A stretch of DNA of 64,000 nucleotides from Planctomycetota bacterium (GTDB taxonomy: Bacteria > Planctomycetota > PLA2 > JAEUHO01): positions 128,001 through 192,000 of the forward strand of contig CBDCWP010000030.1 in NCBI GenBank assembly GCA_965223505.1. Reading direction: 5' to 3'. The translations under genes were made by a program, and so were the position numbers. The notes below the pieces were generated by a model that saw nothing but the letters and a program-made list of their open reading frames with translations, had not been told where the DNA came from and ran no database searches. How positions within the stretch are numbered: position 1 is the stretch's first letter; each line of letters begins with the position of its first letter. This document shows positions 44,221 through 54,702 of the stretch, one piece after another.

Positions 44221-46502
44221 ATGGAACTGCGTCGGATCATCGTAGCGCTCGCGCTCGTCTCAGCGGCCGCGGCTTGTCAGTCGACGCCGCTCGACAACAT
44301 CTGGCCCGGCTGCCAGACCTGCCCGCCGGTCGCGGCGCCGGCCGCCTTGGTGCCGTGGGAGGTCCGGATCGACGAGCGAGTCTCCCCCGCCGTGGACTGC
44401 AACCCCCGTTCGCACGCAGCACACGCTCGTCGTCACGGTGCTGGACCAGTGCGGGAACCCGATGCCCGGCCAGCGCGTCGAGTGGATGCTCGCGCGCTAT
44501 CCCGAAGCCGTCGGCGACATCGTCGCGGTGGACGATCAGTACGGCGTCGGCGCCATCGCGCCGATGTCCCACGCGTACCCCGGCAACAACGGCAACAAGA
44601 TCGACAACCACTACGCCGTCTCGGTCACGAACTACGGCCCCGAATTGCTCGACGCCGGCAACAACCACCCGTACGCGGACGCCAACGGCAACCGCCTTCC
44701 GGACATCACCATCGGACGCGGCCAGTCGTGGCTGACGATCACGTCGACGCGCGAAGGCGTGACCGACATCATCGTGCTCGTGCCCGGCATCCGCGACGGC
44801 ACGAAGCACAAGACCTGGGCCAAGAAGGTCTGGGCGGACTTCCGCGTGAACTTCCCCGAGAGCGCGACCAACGTGCTGCCGAACGACACGCACACGTTCC
44901 CGGTGCAGGTCACACGCTCGGACGGATCGGGCATCGAAGGCCAGGTCGTCGACGCCGAGATCCTCGACGGTCCCCGGCGGGATCTTCACGAGCTCGACGG
45001 CGAACACGGCGTCGAAGCAGACGGATGCCAACGGTGTGGTCGAGTTCGTGCTGCGCAACACGAGCGGTCAGCTCGGATCGAACCGCGTGCGGTTGACGGC
45101 GCGCGGGGCGTTCTATGGCGAGATCTGTCCACAGTCGACGATCGTCACCAAGGAATGGGTGAGCGCGAGCCTGGAGATCGTGTGTTCGTTCCCGACGCCG
45201 AGTGGCGTCGTCGGACGGCCGCTGGACAAGGTCATCACGGTCACGAACACCGGCACGGCCGCCGCGGAGAACGTGGTGCTCGAGGACGTGCCCGGACCGG
45301 GCCTGAACATCGCGGACGGCAGCAGCTTCCCGATGCAGCTCGGATCGATCGCGCCCGGCCAGAGCGTTAGCCAGACCGTGCAGTTCACGAGCAACGCGGA
45401 GGGCTCGTACACGAACACGGTTCGCGTACGTGACACCGGCAGCGCCGCCAGCGCCGAGTCGACGTGCAGCGTAGAGTTCGTGCAGGGCAAGCTGGAGCTG
45501 CGCAAGGTCTGCGAACCCACGAAGGCGAACGCGGGCAGTGAGGTGCGCTTCGTCGTCACGGTGGCGAACACGGGCCGCGGTCCGCTCGAGAACGTGATGA
45601 TCGTCGACGAGTACCCGGCGGGCATCGAGCAGACCAGCCAGAACACCGCGTCGATCCCGGTGATTCCCGCGGGCGAGAGCCGCGAGATCGTGTTTACCGG
45701 CGTCGCGTCGGAGCCGGGCACGTACACCAACACGGTGCGCGCGTCCGCCGACGGCATCGGCGAGCAGCAAGCGTCCTGCAACCTGCAGGTCGTCGAGTGT
45801 CGTCTCGACATGCAGCTCATCGGTCCCGAGAACATCTACTACGGCGAAGAGGCCGCCTTCACCCTGAAGGTGACCAACAAGGGCGACGGCGACGCCGACG
45901 GATGCACGGTCCGCGTGACCTACGGCGGTTGCCTCGGCTCGAGCTTCCAGGACTTCAACATCGGGCCGCTCGCGCCCGGCCAGGAGTGGATGCACGACTT
46001 CAGCCAGAGGGCGACGACCGTCGGACAGTGCATCGTGACAGCGGAGTCCAACTGCGGTGCGCGCTGCGAGATCAAGCAGGACGCGACGATCACCGTGACG
46101 GGCCTGACGGCCTTGCAGGTCGAGATGACCGACAAGGCGCTCGACGGCTCGGAAGAGGGCATCTTCCGCGTCGGCGAGTCCTTCATCTACCGCTTACGCG
46201 TCGAGAACGACGTGGGCACCGAAGCGACCCCGGAGCTGATCGTCGAGTGGGCGCTCCCGCCCGAGCTCGAGTTCGTGACGGGACGCAGCCTGAGCGGTGA
46301 CGCGACGGTCGCGGGTGAGGGCACGGACGCCAAGAGCTCCGCGTTCTCGCTCGGCGTCGGCGGCTACATCGACTTCGAGATCCAGGTGCGGGTCATCTCG
46401 GCGCCGGACTCGTCGCTCATCAAGGTCGAAGCGCTGGTCAACCGCGCCGCGGACGGCGTGGAGCTGGCGGCGGAGACCGAGAGCACGACCGTCAAGAACT
46501 AG
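44221..46502 (+). CDS. Large Cys-rich DUF11/OmcB-like lipoprotein (~759 aa reconstructed), split by two +1 homopolymer frameshifts
   Basis: Start after AGGAG; signal/lipobox AAAC; removing one C at 44403-44407 and one at 44972-44975 joins three ORF pieces; repeated V.N.G...A.NV...D..P DUF11-type units. Confidence 0.75.
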
Positions 46503-46617
46503 ACGCAGGCGCCGCCTACGAACGCAACCGGCACGAGGGGCCCGCCCTTCGGGTCCAGCTTGCGGCCCACCGCGAACCTGGGATGATCTGCCGGCCGTTG
46601 GGGCACCAGGAGGCGGC

Positions 46618-48312
46618 ATGCGGTCGGACCTCGAAATCGCGCGGACAGCGACGCTGCGTCCGATCCAGGAGATCGGCGCGGAGATCGGACTGATCCCCGA
46701 GGAGATCGAACCCTACGGCCACCACATGGCCAAGGTGTCGCTCTCCGCGATCGAGCGCCTGGCCGACCGCAAGAGTGCCCGCTACGTCGTGGTCAGCGCG
46801 ATCACGCCGACGCCGTTGGGCGAAGGCAAGACCGTCAACACGATCGGGCTCTCGCTCGGGCTCGCCAAGCTCGGACGCAAGGTCGTGACCTGCATCCGCC
46901 AGCCCTCGATGGGGCCGCTGTTCGGCATCAAGGGCGGCGCGGCGGGCGGCGGCTACAGCCAGGTCGTGCCGATGGAGGAATTCAACCTCCACCTCACCGG
47001 CGACATCCACGCGGTACAAGCCGCCCACAACCTCATGGCCGCGCACGTCGACACGTCGATCCTCCTGAAGAACCGGTTCGAGTTCGACGGCGAGCGCGTC
47101 GTCTGGCGGCGCGTGTCGGACGTCAACGACCGCGTGCTGCGCCAGATCATCCTCGGCCTCGGCGGCCGCAAGAACGGCATCCCGCGGCGTTCGGGATTCG
47201 ACATCGCGGTCGCGAGCGAGCTCATGGCGATTCTGGGGCTGGCCGACGGGTTGCAGGACATGCGCCGCCGGATCGGCCGCATCATCCTGGGCTACAAGTC
47301 GGACGGCAGCGCCATCACCGCCGAGGACACGAAGTGCGCCGGCGCGGCGACCGTCGTCATGCGTGACAGCATCAAGCCGACGCTCATGCAGACGATGGAG
47401 GGCACGCCCTGCTTCGTGCACGCGGGGCCCTTCGCGAACATCGCCCACGGCAACTCGTCGATCGTCGCGGACCGGATCGCGGTGCGCCTGGGCGACTACG
47501 TCGTCACCGAGGCGGGCTTCGGCGCGGACATCGGCGCGGAGAAGTTCTTCAACATCAAGTGCCGCGCGTCGGGTCTGAAGCCGACGGCGGCGGTGCTGGT
47601 GTGCACCGTGCGCGCGCTCAAGATGCACAGCGGGCGCTTCAACATCGTCCCCGGCAAACCGCTGGACGAGGACCTCCTGCGCGAGGACCTCGACGCCTTG
47701 CGCGCCGGCATGCCGAACCTCGAGAAGCAGATCGAGAACCTCCACAAGCACGGCGTTCCCGTCGTCGTGGCCATGAACCGGTTCCCGACGGACACCGATG
47801 CCGAGTACGCGGTCATCAAGGAAGCGGCGCTCGCCGCGGGCGCGCACGGCTGCGAGGTGAGCGACGTGTTCGCCAGCGGTGGGGAGGGCGGCGTCGAGCT
47901 GGCGGAGGCCGTCGAACGTGCGTGCGAGGCCGGCAGCGACTTCACGCATCTGTACGACACCGAAGCGCCGATAGCGGAGAAGATCGAGACGATCGCGCGG
48001 GAGATGTACGGCGCGGCCGGCGTCGAGTTCGCCAACGAAGCGCAGGCCGACATCGAACGTTACGAGACGCTCGGCTACGGCAACCTCCCGATCTGCATGG
48101 CGAAGACGCACCTGAGCCTGTCCCACGACCCCCAGCAGAAGGGCCGCCCCGAGGGGTTCCAGCTGCCGGTGCGCAACATCCGGCTGGCCGCGGGCGCGGG
48201 CTTCCTGTACCCGCTGTGCGGCGAGATGCGCACGATGCCGGGCCTCGGCTCGCGCCCGGCGTTGGAGCAGGTCGACATCGACGACGACGGGCAGATCGTG
48301 GGCCTTTTCTAG
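46618..48312 (+). CDS. fhs: Formate--tetrahydrofolate ligase
   Basis: TPTPLGEGKT, GIKGGAAGGGYSQV, NLHLTGDIHA, HAGPFANIAHG, TEAGFGADIG.EKF, TMPGL; AGGAGG RBS. Confidence 0.97.
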   Translation: MRSDLEIARTATLRPIQEIGAEIGLIPEEIEPYGHHMAKVSLSAIERLADRKSARYVVVSAITPTPLGEGKTVNTIGLSLGLAKLGRKVVTCIRQPSMGPLFGIKGGAAGGGYSQVVPMEEFNLHLTGDIHAVQAAHNLMAAHVDTSILLKNRFEFDGERVVWRRVSDVNDRVLRQIILGLGGRKNGIPRRSGFDIAVASELMAILGLADGLQDMRRRIGRIILGYKSDGSAITAEDTKCAGAATVVMRDSIKPTLMQTMEGTPCFVHAGPFANIAHGNSSIVADRIAVRLGDYVVTEAGFGADIGAEKFFNIKCRASGLKPTAAVLVCTVRALKMHSGRFNIVPGKPLDEDLLREDLDALRAGMPNLEKQIENLHKHGVPVVVAMNRFPTDTDAEYAVIKEAALAAGAHGCEVSDVFASGGEGGVELAEAVERACEAGSDFTHLYDTEAPIAEKIETIAREMYGAAGVEFANEAQADIERYETLGYGNLPICMAKTHLSLSHDPQQKGRPEGFQLPVRNIRLAAGAGFLYPLCGEMRTMPGLGSRPALEQVDIDDDGQIVGLF

Positions 48313-48314
48313 CG

Positions 48315-49079
48315 ATGGAGGCCGCCGCGACGACGTTGGACGGCGGCCGCTTCGGCATCGTGCGGGCGATCTGCTTCGGATATGTCGCGTTCCTCATCAC
48401 GCTGATCACGTTCGTGGTCGCAACGGTCGCGCTGATCTTCGATCCGCGGCACGGACGCGTTTCGTACGTCGTCGTACGGCTGTGGTCCCGCTGCTTCCTC
48501 GGCATGTCGGGGTGCAGCGTCCGCGTCGAAGGGCTCGACAAGCTCGACGCGAGCGAGCCGCGGCTCCTGATCGCGAACCACGCATCGTGGTTCGACCCGC
48601 CGGCCATCTGGTTGGCGTTCCCGAGACAGGTGCGTTTCGTCCTCAAGCACGAGCTCGTCAAGGTGCCGTTCGTCGGTTGGTACGCGAAGATGGCCGGTCA
48701 CTTCCTCCTCGATCGGTCCAACCCGCGCAAGGGCATGGCGCTGCTGAAGAAGGCGATCGCGCGCGTGCATCGCGACAAGGTGTCGCCGGTCGTCTTTCCC
48801 GAAGGGACGCGCAGCGTCGACGGCAAGCTCGGCCCCATTCGCCCGGGTGCCTTTCAGCTCGCCCTGCAAGCGGGAATCGACATCCAGCCCGTCGGCATCT
48901 TCGGTACGCACGAGATCATGCCGAAGGGCTTCGCGTACCCGCGCCGCTGCGGCGCGATCCTGGTCCGGTTCGGCGATCCGATCTCGACGGCGGGCCCGAA
49001 AGGCAGCGCGCGTCGCAAGGAGCTGGCTCGCGAAGCGCGCGACGCGCTCGTCGCCTTGGGCGTCGCGGCCTCGACCTAA
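48315..49079 (+). CDS. 1-acyl-sn-glycerol-3-phosphate acyltransferase (PlsC family)
   Basis: ANHASWFD, K.EL..VP..G, FPEGTRS. Confidence 0.9.
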   Translation: MEAAATTLDGGRFGIVRAICFGYVAFLITLITFVVATVALIFDPRHGRVSYVVVRLWSRCFLGMSGCSVRVEGLDKLDASEPRLLIANHASWFDPPAIWLAFPRQVRFVLKHELVKVPFVGWYAKMAGHFLLDRSNPRKGMALLKKAIARVHRDKVSPVVFPEGTRSVDGKLGPIRPGAFQLALQAGIDIQPVGIFGTHEIMPKGFAYPRRCGAILVRFGDPISTAGPKGSARRKELAREARDALVALGVAAST

Positions 49080-50035
49080 CGCGAACGGACCAGCACGGTC
49101 TCGGCAATGGACTCGTCGGCGATGATCGGCGCGGCGTCGCGCAGGAACCGCCGGCCGTCGGCGAAGTAGCCTGCCGTGGGTCGAAGCGCCGGGTTGCGCG
49201 CCGCGAACCACTCGTTGAAGCACCGCATGAAGAGCTCCCGCGTGAGCTTGGCCGCCATGCTCGCCCATCCGACCGCGAGCGACGCGCGGTCGCCCTTGGT
49301 CACGAAGCGGAACAACAGCTCGCGATCCGGCAGCCGCACCCGGTAGCGGCTCTCGTCACGCGGCGCGCGGCAGGCGTCGAGCTGCGCGAACGGGAAGAGA
49401 CTCGAGAGGTACCCCGCGTAGTCCTTGCGCCCGCCGTGACGGTCCATGACGACGATCGCGTCCTCGCCGGGATGACGGTCGAGGATCGACGTGACGAGCG
49501 TGCCCGACAAGATGCCGAGGACGCCGGCCTTGTTGCCGATCTCGTGGAAGGCCGCGTTGAGCTCGATGGCGTCCACGGGCAACACGCGCAGGTCCAGGGC
49601 TTCGACGCTCACGGCGGCGAAGCGGTCGTGCAGCGGGCCGGTCCAAGGATAGGTCGGTAGCGTGGCGGACTCGAGCGACTGGAACCACGGCACGCGCGCG
49701 AACTCGTCCGGCTGGCGGTCGGAGAATCGAAAGACCAGGTCCGCGAGGTCGGCCGGCGGCGCCTGGTCCATCGCCGCCGCGAACGCGCCCACGCCTCGCG
49801 CCAGGCCCTGCAGTCCGCAGCGCTGCAACACCAGCTTCGAGTCGTCGATGGGCACCGGCAGCGGCTCGTCCCAGCCTTCCTTCGCGGTCGGCGTGTTCCG
49901 GACCAGCGAACGCAACTTCGAGCGCAGACCCGGCTGCCACCGTGAGCGCGGTTGCACCCGGAACGCAGTGGCGCCGATCGCGAGCGGTCCGAGCAACGGA
50001 CCGTAGCCGGCCTCGTCCACGCCGATCGTGAGCAC
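49076..50035 (-). CDS. Ribonuclease HII-like protein
   Basis: IGVDEAGYGPLLGPL, DDSK, DRHGGRK.Y, ASMAAK..RE, PTAGY..D; GTG 50035 preceded by GGAGG. Confidence 0.8.
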   Translation of the reverse strand: MLTIGVDEAGYGPLLGPLAIGATAFRVQPRSRWQPGLRSKLRSLVRNTPTAKEGWDEPLPVPIDDSKLVLQRCGLQGLARGVGAFAAAMDQAPPADLADLVFRFSDRQPDEFARVPWFQSLESATLPTYPWTGPLHDRFAAVSVEALDLRVLPVDAIELNAAFHEIGNKAGVLGILSGTLVTSILDRHPGEDAIVVMDRHGGRKDYAGYLSSLFPFAQLDACRAPRDESRYRVRLPDRELLFRFVTKGDRASLAVGWASMAAKLTRELFMRCFNEWFAARNPALRPTAGYFADGRRFLRDAAPIIADESIAETVLVRSR

Positions 50036-50195
50036 GCGTCCCTCCGCTGCCGCTTCCGTTGTTCGCATCTTCGCTCGGCCGGGGTCATGTCGAAGCGACT
50101 TCGCCGGCATTTTCGCCCTGCGCTACGACGGGTCTGCGTCCCGCCCGCGTGACCGTATCCGTGCGTATGATGTGCGCCGGCCGGGGCTTCACGAC

Positions 50196-51290
50196 ATGCG
50201 CATCCTCAGTTCCGCGTTGCTGGTCTGCGCCCTCGCGGCCTGTCAGTCGGCGCCCGGCCCGGCATCTCGCGACGCGTCCAAGGCGCCCGCCCTCTCCTCG
50301 CCCGCGGTCGTCACCGTGCTGCTCTGGAAGCCGGGCAAGGGGCGCGACCAGGGCACGGGCTTCTTCGTGGCCCGCGACCGCGTGGTCACCAACGAGCACG
50401 TGATGCTCGGCGCCACCCGCGCCACGATCCGCTTCGCGAACGGCCGCGAGGCGCCCGTGCTCGGCGTCGTCGCGTCGGACCCCGACGCCGATCTCGCTCT
50501 GCTGCACGTCGAGCCGGGATGCGCCGTCCAGCCGCTGACCTTGACGCAGGAGGTGCCGTCCGTCGGCGCCCTCGTCGCGACCATCGGCAGCCCCGGCGGC
50601 ATCGCCCAGACCGTCCATCGGGGCACCGTGCTCAGTCACGTGATCACGACCCGCTATCTGGAAGACGCCGTGCACCTGAGCCTGCCGTCGGAGTCGGGCG
50701 CAAGCGGGAGTCCGATCCTCAACGGGAAGCGCGAGGTCGTGGGCGTGCTGGCGCAGAAATGGCAAGGGCGCGACGGAGCGCTCGCCGTGCCGTCCGAGCG
50801 CGTCGCCCGGCTGAGCGAGGGCCCCGTCCAGACCGTCTCGGAATGGTCGGAGCAGGCGTTGCACGATGCGCGGGTCGCAGGCCGCATGATGATGCCGTCG
50901 GCCTATCACAAGACGGACCTTCCGGAGCGACCGGAGGACGCGCTGTTCGGGCTGCAAGACGCGCGCGACCTCATGGGCAGCCTGCATCTGCGCGCGGTCG
51001 CCTCCTACTGGATCGGCGCGAGCCTCGCGAACCTCGGGCGCCCGGAAGAGAGCGCGCACGCGTACCGGTTGGCGATTCGCTGGAAACCGCGTTTCGTCGA
51101 GGCGCACGAGATGCTCGGTCGAACGCTCGAAACCCTCGGGCGACACGACGAGGCCCTGGCCGCGTTCGAGGCCGCGCGCAGATTGAGCCCCGGAAGTCGG
51201 GTCGGACGCGACGTCTCGGGCTCGCGCCTCGCAACGCGCACGAACGGAGGCGCGCTGCGACCGGCCGGCCGGCCGCGCGCCGCCCGCTAG
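50196..51290 (+). CDS. Trypsin-like serine protease lipoprotein with C-terminal TPRs
   Basis: Lipobox LAAC; GTGFF, VTNEHV, DLALL, SGASGSP triad; TPR helices. Confidence 0.85.
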   Translation: MRILSSALLVCALAACQSAPGPASRDASKAPALSSPAVVTVLLWKPGKGRDQGTGFFVARDRVVTNEHVMLGATRATIRFANGREAPVLGVVASDPDADLALLHVEPGCAVQPLTLTQEVPSVGALVATIGSPGGIAQTVHRGTVLSHVITTRYLEDAVHLSLPSESGASGSPILNGKREVVGVLAQKWQGRDGALAVPSERVARLSEGPVQTVSEWSEQALHDARVAGRMMMPSAYHKTDLPERPEDALFGLQDARDLMGSLHLRAVASYWIGASLANLGRPEESAHAYRLAIRWKPRFVEAHEMLGRTLETLGRHDEALAAFEAARRLSPGSRVGRDVSGSRLATRTNGGALRPAGRPRAAR

Positions 51291-51293
51291 CCC

Positions 51294-51811
51294 GTGACGC
51301 GGGCGCAGCTGACGGCGGCCTTCGCCGCGCTCGCCGTGATCGCCGTGCTGGGCTGCACGATGACGTGGGCGGCCCCGGTCGAAGGCGCCGGCATGCACGA
51401 GCGATTCCTGGAGAACGACGTTCCCGAAGCGGTCCGACGGATGCGCGCCGACATGCGCGAGCTCTACACGCAGCTGCCGGCGGAGGGGATCGACGGCCCG
51501 TTCCACGGCGGGATCACCATCGCGCTCGCCGTCTTGGGCGCACTCGCCGCGTCGTTGGGGGCGCGGCGAACCTGAACGTGCCTCCCCCGACCGCACGCGT
51601 GATCTCGAACACCGCGACGCTGCTTCTGGGAGCGGCGTTCGCGATCACGCTGTGGGACTGCGGACACTCCGTCTTCGAGGGGCGTGCGGAACGCGCGACA
51701 GGCATCTTCGTGACGCTCGGCGCGCTGGTGCTCGCGTGTCTCGCGTCGGCGTTCGCCGTAACGGCGCGCGTGCCGTCAAACGGAGGGCACGCGTCGGAGG
51801 ACGTCGCATAG
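51294..51811 (+). CDS. Hypothetical 4-TM membrane protein, apparently split by a 1-bp deletion in a G run at 51557-51561
   Basis: ORF 51294-51575 (two TMs) continues with two more TMs in the -1 frame to 51811 if one G is added. Confidence 0.5.
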
Positions 51812-52699
51812 CACGTCGACGTAGTCCCTGCGGTCGAAGTGGGTCGCGTAGTCGAGCTCGACGAGCGTCATGAACGCGCCGACGAACCGAGCGCGCGCCG
51901 GCAGCCCGTCGTCGTCGCTCGCGTACGCCGCCAGCGTCGCCGCGAGCAAGTGCTCGCCGCCCCACGGATAGGGCGCCGAGACGTCCATCGCCGGATCGCC
52001 GAACGAGAGGTCACCCCAGTCGATGATGCCCGCCAGGGCGTGTGGCGGCTTGCGATCGAGCATCAGGTGCTCGGCGTGCGGGTCGCTGTGCACCAGCACG
52101 TCCGGTCCCGCGAACGCGTCCGGAAGGGCACGGCCGGCGTCGAAGAACGCCTCCATGCGCTCGCGCAGCGGCTGTTCGAGATGATGGAAGTACGACGGTG
52201 CGCGGTCGCGAAGCTCGGGCAAGCTGCGCCCGCGCCCCGGCACGTCGGCGCAAACCGCTTCGACGTCCTCGCGCGGAACCGCATGCAGCTTGCGAAGCTC
52301 ACGGCCGAAGGACGTACCGAGCGCGTCCAGGTCGACATCGCCGGGTTGCTTCAGGTAAGCCTGCACACCGTCGAGCAGGTCGTAGAAGCCGAACACGAAC
52401 GGAAACGCCTCGTCGCTGTGCAACGCGCCGTCGTAGCGCGGCACCGGAATCGCGAGGCGGCGTTCGATGATCGGCAGAAGCGCGTGCTCGCGTCGGAGCC
52501 GCGCCTGCTCGCGCGCGCGTTTCGGAAAGCGAGCCACGTGGCGTCGGTTCACGAGGTAGGCCCAGAAGTCCCACCCTTCGCCGAGCCGCTCGACCGCGAA
52601 CGGCGCGAGATCCGGCCGCACACGCGACACGATCGCGCGTACGTCCTCGGTCTCGAGGGTGAGATCGGAGTCCCAGGGGTTGCGGTTCGTCGGCGACAC
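51776..52699 (-). CDS. Aminoglycoside phosphotransferase (APH)-family kinase
   Basis: LGEGWD, ARFPKR, L..LH, LVHSDPHAEH, GIIDWGD..FGDP..D; TACAGT box 7 nt before GTG 52699. Confidence 0.82.
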   Translation of the reverse strand: MSPTNRNPWDSDLTLETEDVRAIVSRVRPDLAPFAVERLGEGWDFWAYLVNRRHVARFPKRAREQARLRREHALLPIIERRLAIPVPRYDGALHSDEAFPFVFGFYDLLDGVQAYLKQPGDVDLDALGTSFGRELRKLHAVPREDVEAVCADVPGRGRSLPELRDRAPSYFHHLEQPLRERMEAFFDAGRALPDAFAGPDVLVHSDPHAEHLMLDRKPPHALAGIIDWGDLSFGDPAMDVSAPYPWGGEHLLAATLAAYASDDDGLPARARFVGAFMTLVELDYATHFDRRDYVDVLCDVLRRVPSV

Positions 52700-52774
52700 G
52701 GCGGGGACTGTAGCGATTTGTGCCCCGCGCGTGGGCCCAAGCGGTACCTTTTGGGGCCCTTCGGGAGAATCGCC

Positions 52775-53827
52775 ATGTCGAACCGAATCATCGCTCTCTC
52801 GGTGCTGCTGTTGTGCTGTGCGCCGCTCGCCGTCGCCGAAGACGAAGTGAAGATCCCCGGCTACAGCGTCAAGGACCTCGTCTTCACGCCCGAGGACATG
52901 AGCAAGGACTGGACCGAGGTCTCGGAAGAGAACGCGTCCAAGACGGCGCCGACGGCGGCGCGCCTGCGCGACCTGGGAACGGCGATCGGCGTCCCGAAGG
53001 AAGCCGTGCACGTCGAGTCGCGTACGTTGCGGCACGGACCGAGCAACGGCATCGTCGTACTCTCGTTGGTCGACATCGACGCCGATCCCAAGACCTTCAC
53101 GGCGGGACTGAAGCTCAACGCCGGCGTGCTGGGCTGGCACGTGGAGGAGCTCGGCAGCCCCATGCGCCTGTTGATCGCCTCGGCAGGGGAGCTCTCGAAG
53201 GGCGCCGCCGGTTGGCAGAAGGGCATCGCCGTCTACAAGCTCGCCGCGCTGGGCTGGAGCCGGCTCACGCAGGCCGGTGATCGCGAGTCCTTCATGGCCG
53301 CGCGCGAGCTGCTGATGACGGGCTTGCGCATCGAGCCCGAGGCCGGCGTCGTACACGCGACGATCGGCCGCTTGCTGTGGGCGCAGCGCCAGCAGGACGC
53401 GGCGGCCGAGCGCTTCGCGCTGGCGCTGAAGAAGGGCGCGCCGTTGCCGCCGAAGGGACCGTTGGCCGCGGACGCCGCCGGCACGTACGGCCTCGCGCTG
53501 CTCCTGAAGGAGGACGACGCGGTGCTCGAGGAAGCGTTGCGCGTGCTCAAGATGTCGGTGGACATGGAGAAGCACGCCCGCATTCCGCAGGCGAAGTTCA
53601 ACAACCGCTACAACCTGGCGTGCGCCTACGCGCGCCTGGGCAAGAAGGACGAGGCGTTCGCCGAGCTCGACCGCAGCCTGGCGCTCGGCAAGGAGGTCAT
53701 GAACGCCGAGGGCTACGCGCAGGCGTACGAACACTGCAAGGAGAACGACCCGGACATGTCGACCTTGCGGGAGGACCCGCGCTTCGAAGAGCTCATGAAG
53801 AAGCACGCGCCCGGCGACGGCGCCTGA
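52775..53827 (+). CDS. Secreted TPR protein
   Basis: Signal peptide; YNLACAYARLG..DEA...L...DPD..TLR.DPRF TPR end-cap; GGGAG RBS. Confidence 0.75.
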   Translation: MSNRIIALSVLLLCCAPLAVAEDEVKIPGYSVKDLVFTPEDMSKDWTEVSEENASKTAPTAARLRDLGTAIGVPKEAVHVESRTLRHGPSNGIVVLSLVDIDADPKTFTAGLKLNAGVLGWHVEELGSPMRLLIASAGELSKGAAGWQKGIAVYKLAALGWSRLTQAGDRESFMAARELLMTGLRIEPEAGVVHATIGRLLWAQRQQDAAAERFALALKKGAPLPPKGPLAADAAGTYGLALLLKEDDAVLEEALRVLKMSVDMEKHARIPQAKFNNRYNLACAYARLGKKDEAFAELDRSLALGKEVMNAEGYAQAYEHCKENDPDMSTLREDPRFEELMKKHAPGDGA

Positions 53828-53840
53828 ACCCCGCGCACCG

Positions 53841-54656
53841 ATGACCACGTCGTATCGCGAGCTCCTGCGGGTCGAACCCGGAAGGACGCTGCGCCTGAGC
53901 GACCACGACCCCGCGGCCACGCCCGGCTGCGACGGAAAGAAGGACGCCAAGAGCCGGCTGAAGCCGCTCTTGAAGCAGCTGTACGACCTGCAGTACCTGA
54001 TGCATGCCGAAGACAAGCGGCGGATGCTGATCGTGCTGCAGGGGATGGATGCCGCCGGCAAGAGCGGCGCCGTGCGCTGTGTCATGTCCGGGCTGAACCC
54101 GCTCGGTTGCGAAACGACGTCGTTCAAGAAGCCCTCGAAGGAGGAGCTCGACCACGGATACCTTTGGCGCATCCACAAGGCGATGCCGCGGCGTGGAAAC
54201 ATCGGCGTGTTCGACCGGTCGCACTACGAGGACGTCGTCGTCGTGCGCGTCCTCGAGCTCGTGCCGGAGGCCGTCTGGCGTCCGCGCTACGAGGAGATCA
54301 ACCGCTTCGAGCAGATGCTGGCCGACAACGACACGCTGATCCTGAAGTTCTTCCTCCACATCGGCAAGGACGAGCAGAAAGACCGGTTGCAGGAGCGTCT
54401 CGACAACCCGCAGCGGCAGTGGAAGATCTCGCCCTACGACTTCGAAGCGCGCAAGCAGTGGGACGACTACATGGCCGCCTACGAAGAGGCTTTGTCGCGC
54501 TGCAGCACCGCGCACGGACCTTGGTTCGTGATTCCATCTGACAACAAGTGGTTCCGCAACCTGGCCGTCACCAGCATCGTGGTCGATACGCTCGCGGCGC
54601 AGTCGATGAAGTTTCCCGCCCCGTCCATCGACATCTCGAAGATCGTCTTGGAGTGA
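53841..54656 (+). CDS. ppk2: Polyphosphate kinase 2 family (likely class III)
   Basis: QGMDAAGKSG, FKKPS.EEL.H.YLWR, FDRSHYEDV, KFFLHI.K.EQ..R, PWFVIPSDNKW. Confidence 0.92.
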   Translation: MTTSYRELLRVEPGRTLRLSDHDPAATPGCDGKKDAKSRLKPLLKQLYDLQYLMHAEDKRRMLIVLQGMDAAGKSGAVRCVMSGLNPLGCETTSFKKPSKEELDHGYLWRIHKAMPRRGNIGVFDRSHYEDVVVVRVLELVPEAVWRPRYEEINRFEQMLADNDTLILKFFLHIGKDEQKDRLQERLDNPQRQWKISPYDFEARKQWDDYMAAYEEALSRCSTAHGPWFVIPSDNKWFRNLAVTSIVVDTLAAQSMKFPAPSIDISKIVLE

Positions 54657-54702
54657 CCGAAGGCCCGGTCGGCGGCGCCCACGGCGCCGGTAGCATGGCG
54701 GC

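Noticed and set aside
46618..48312. fhs as evidence of acetogenesis
   Set aside because: No other Wood-Ljungdahl genes are in the window, and Fhs is common in general one-carbon metabolism.
51557..51575. TGA at 51573-51575 as another Sec codon or a programmed frameshift
   Set aside because: The continuation is in a different frame after a G5 run, so a homopolymer indel is the simplest explanation.
51776..52699. Bona fide aminoglycoside resistance gene
   Set aside because: Only the broad APH/kinase fold is supported, the catalytic loop is atypical (HSDPHAEH) and there is no mobile context.
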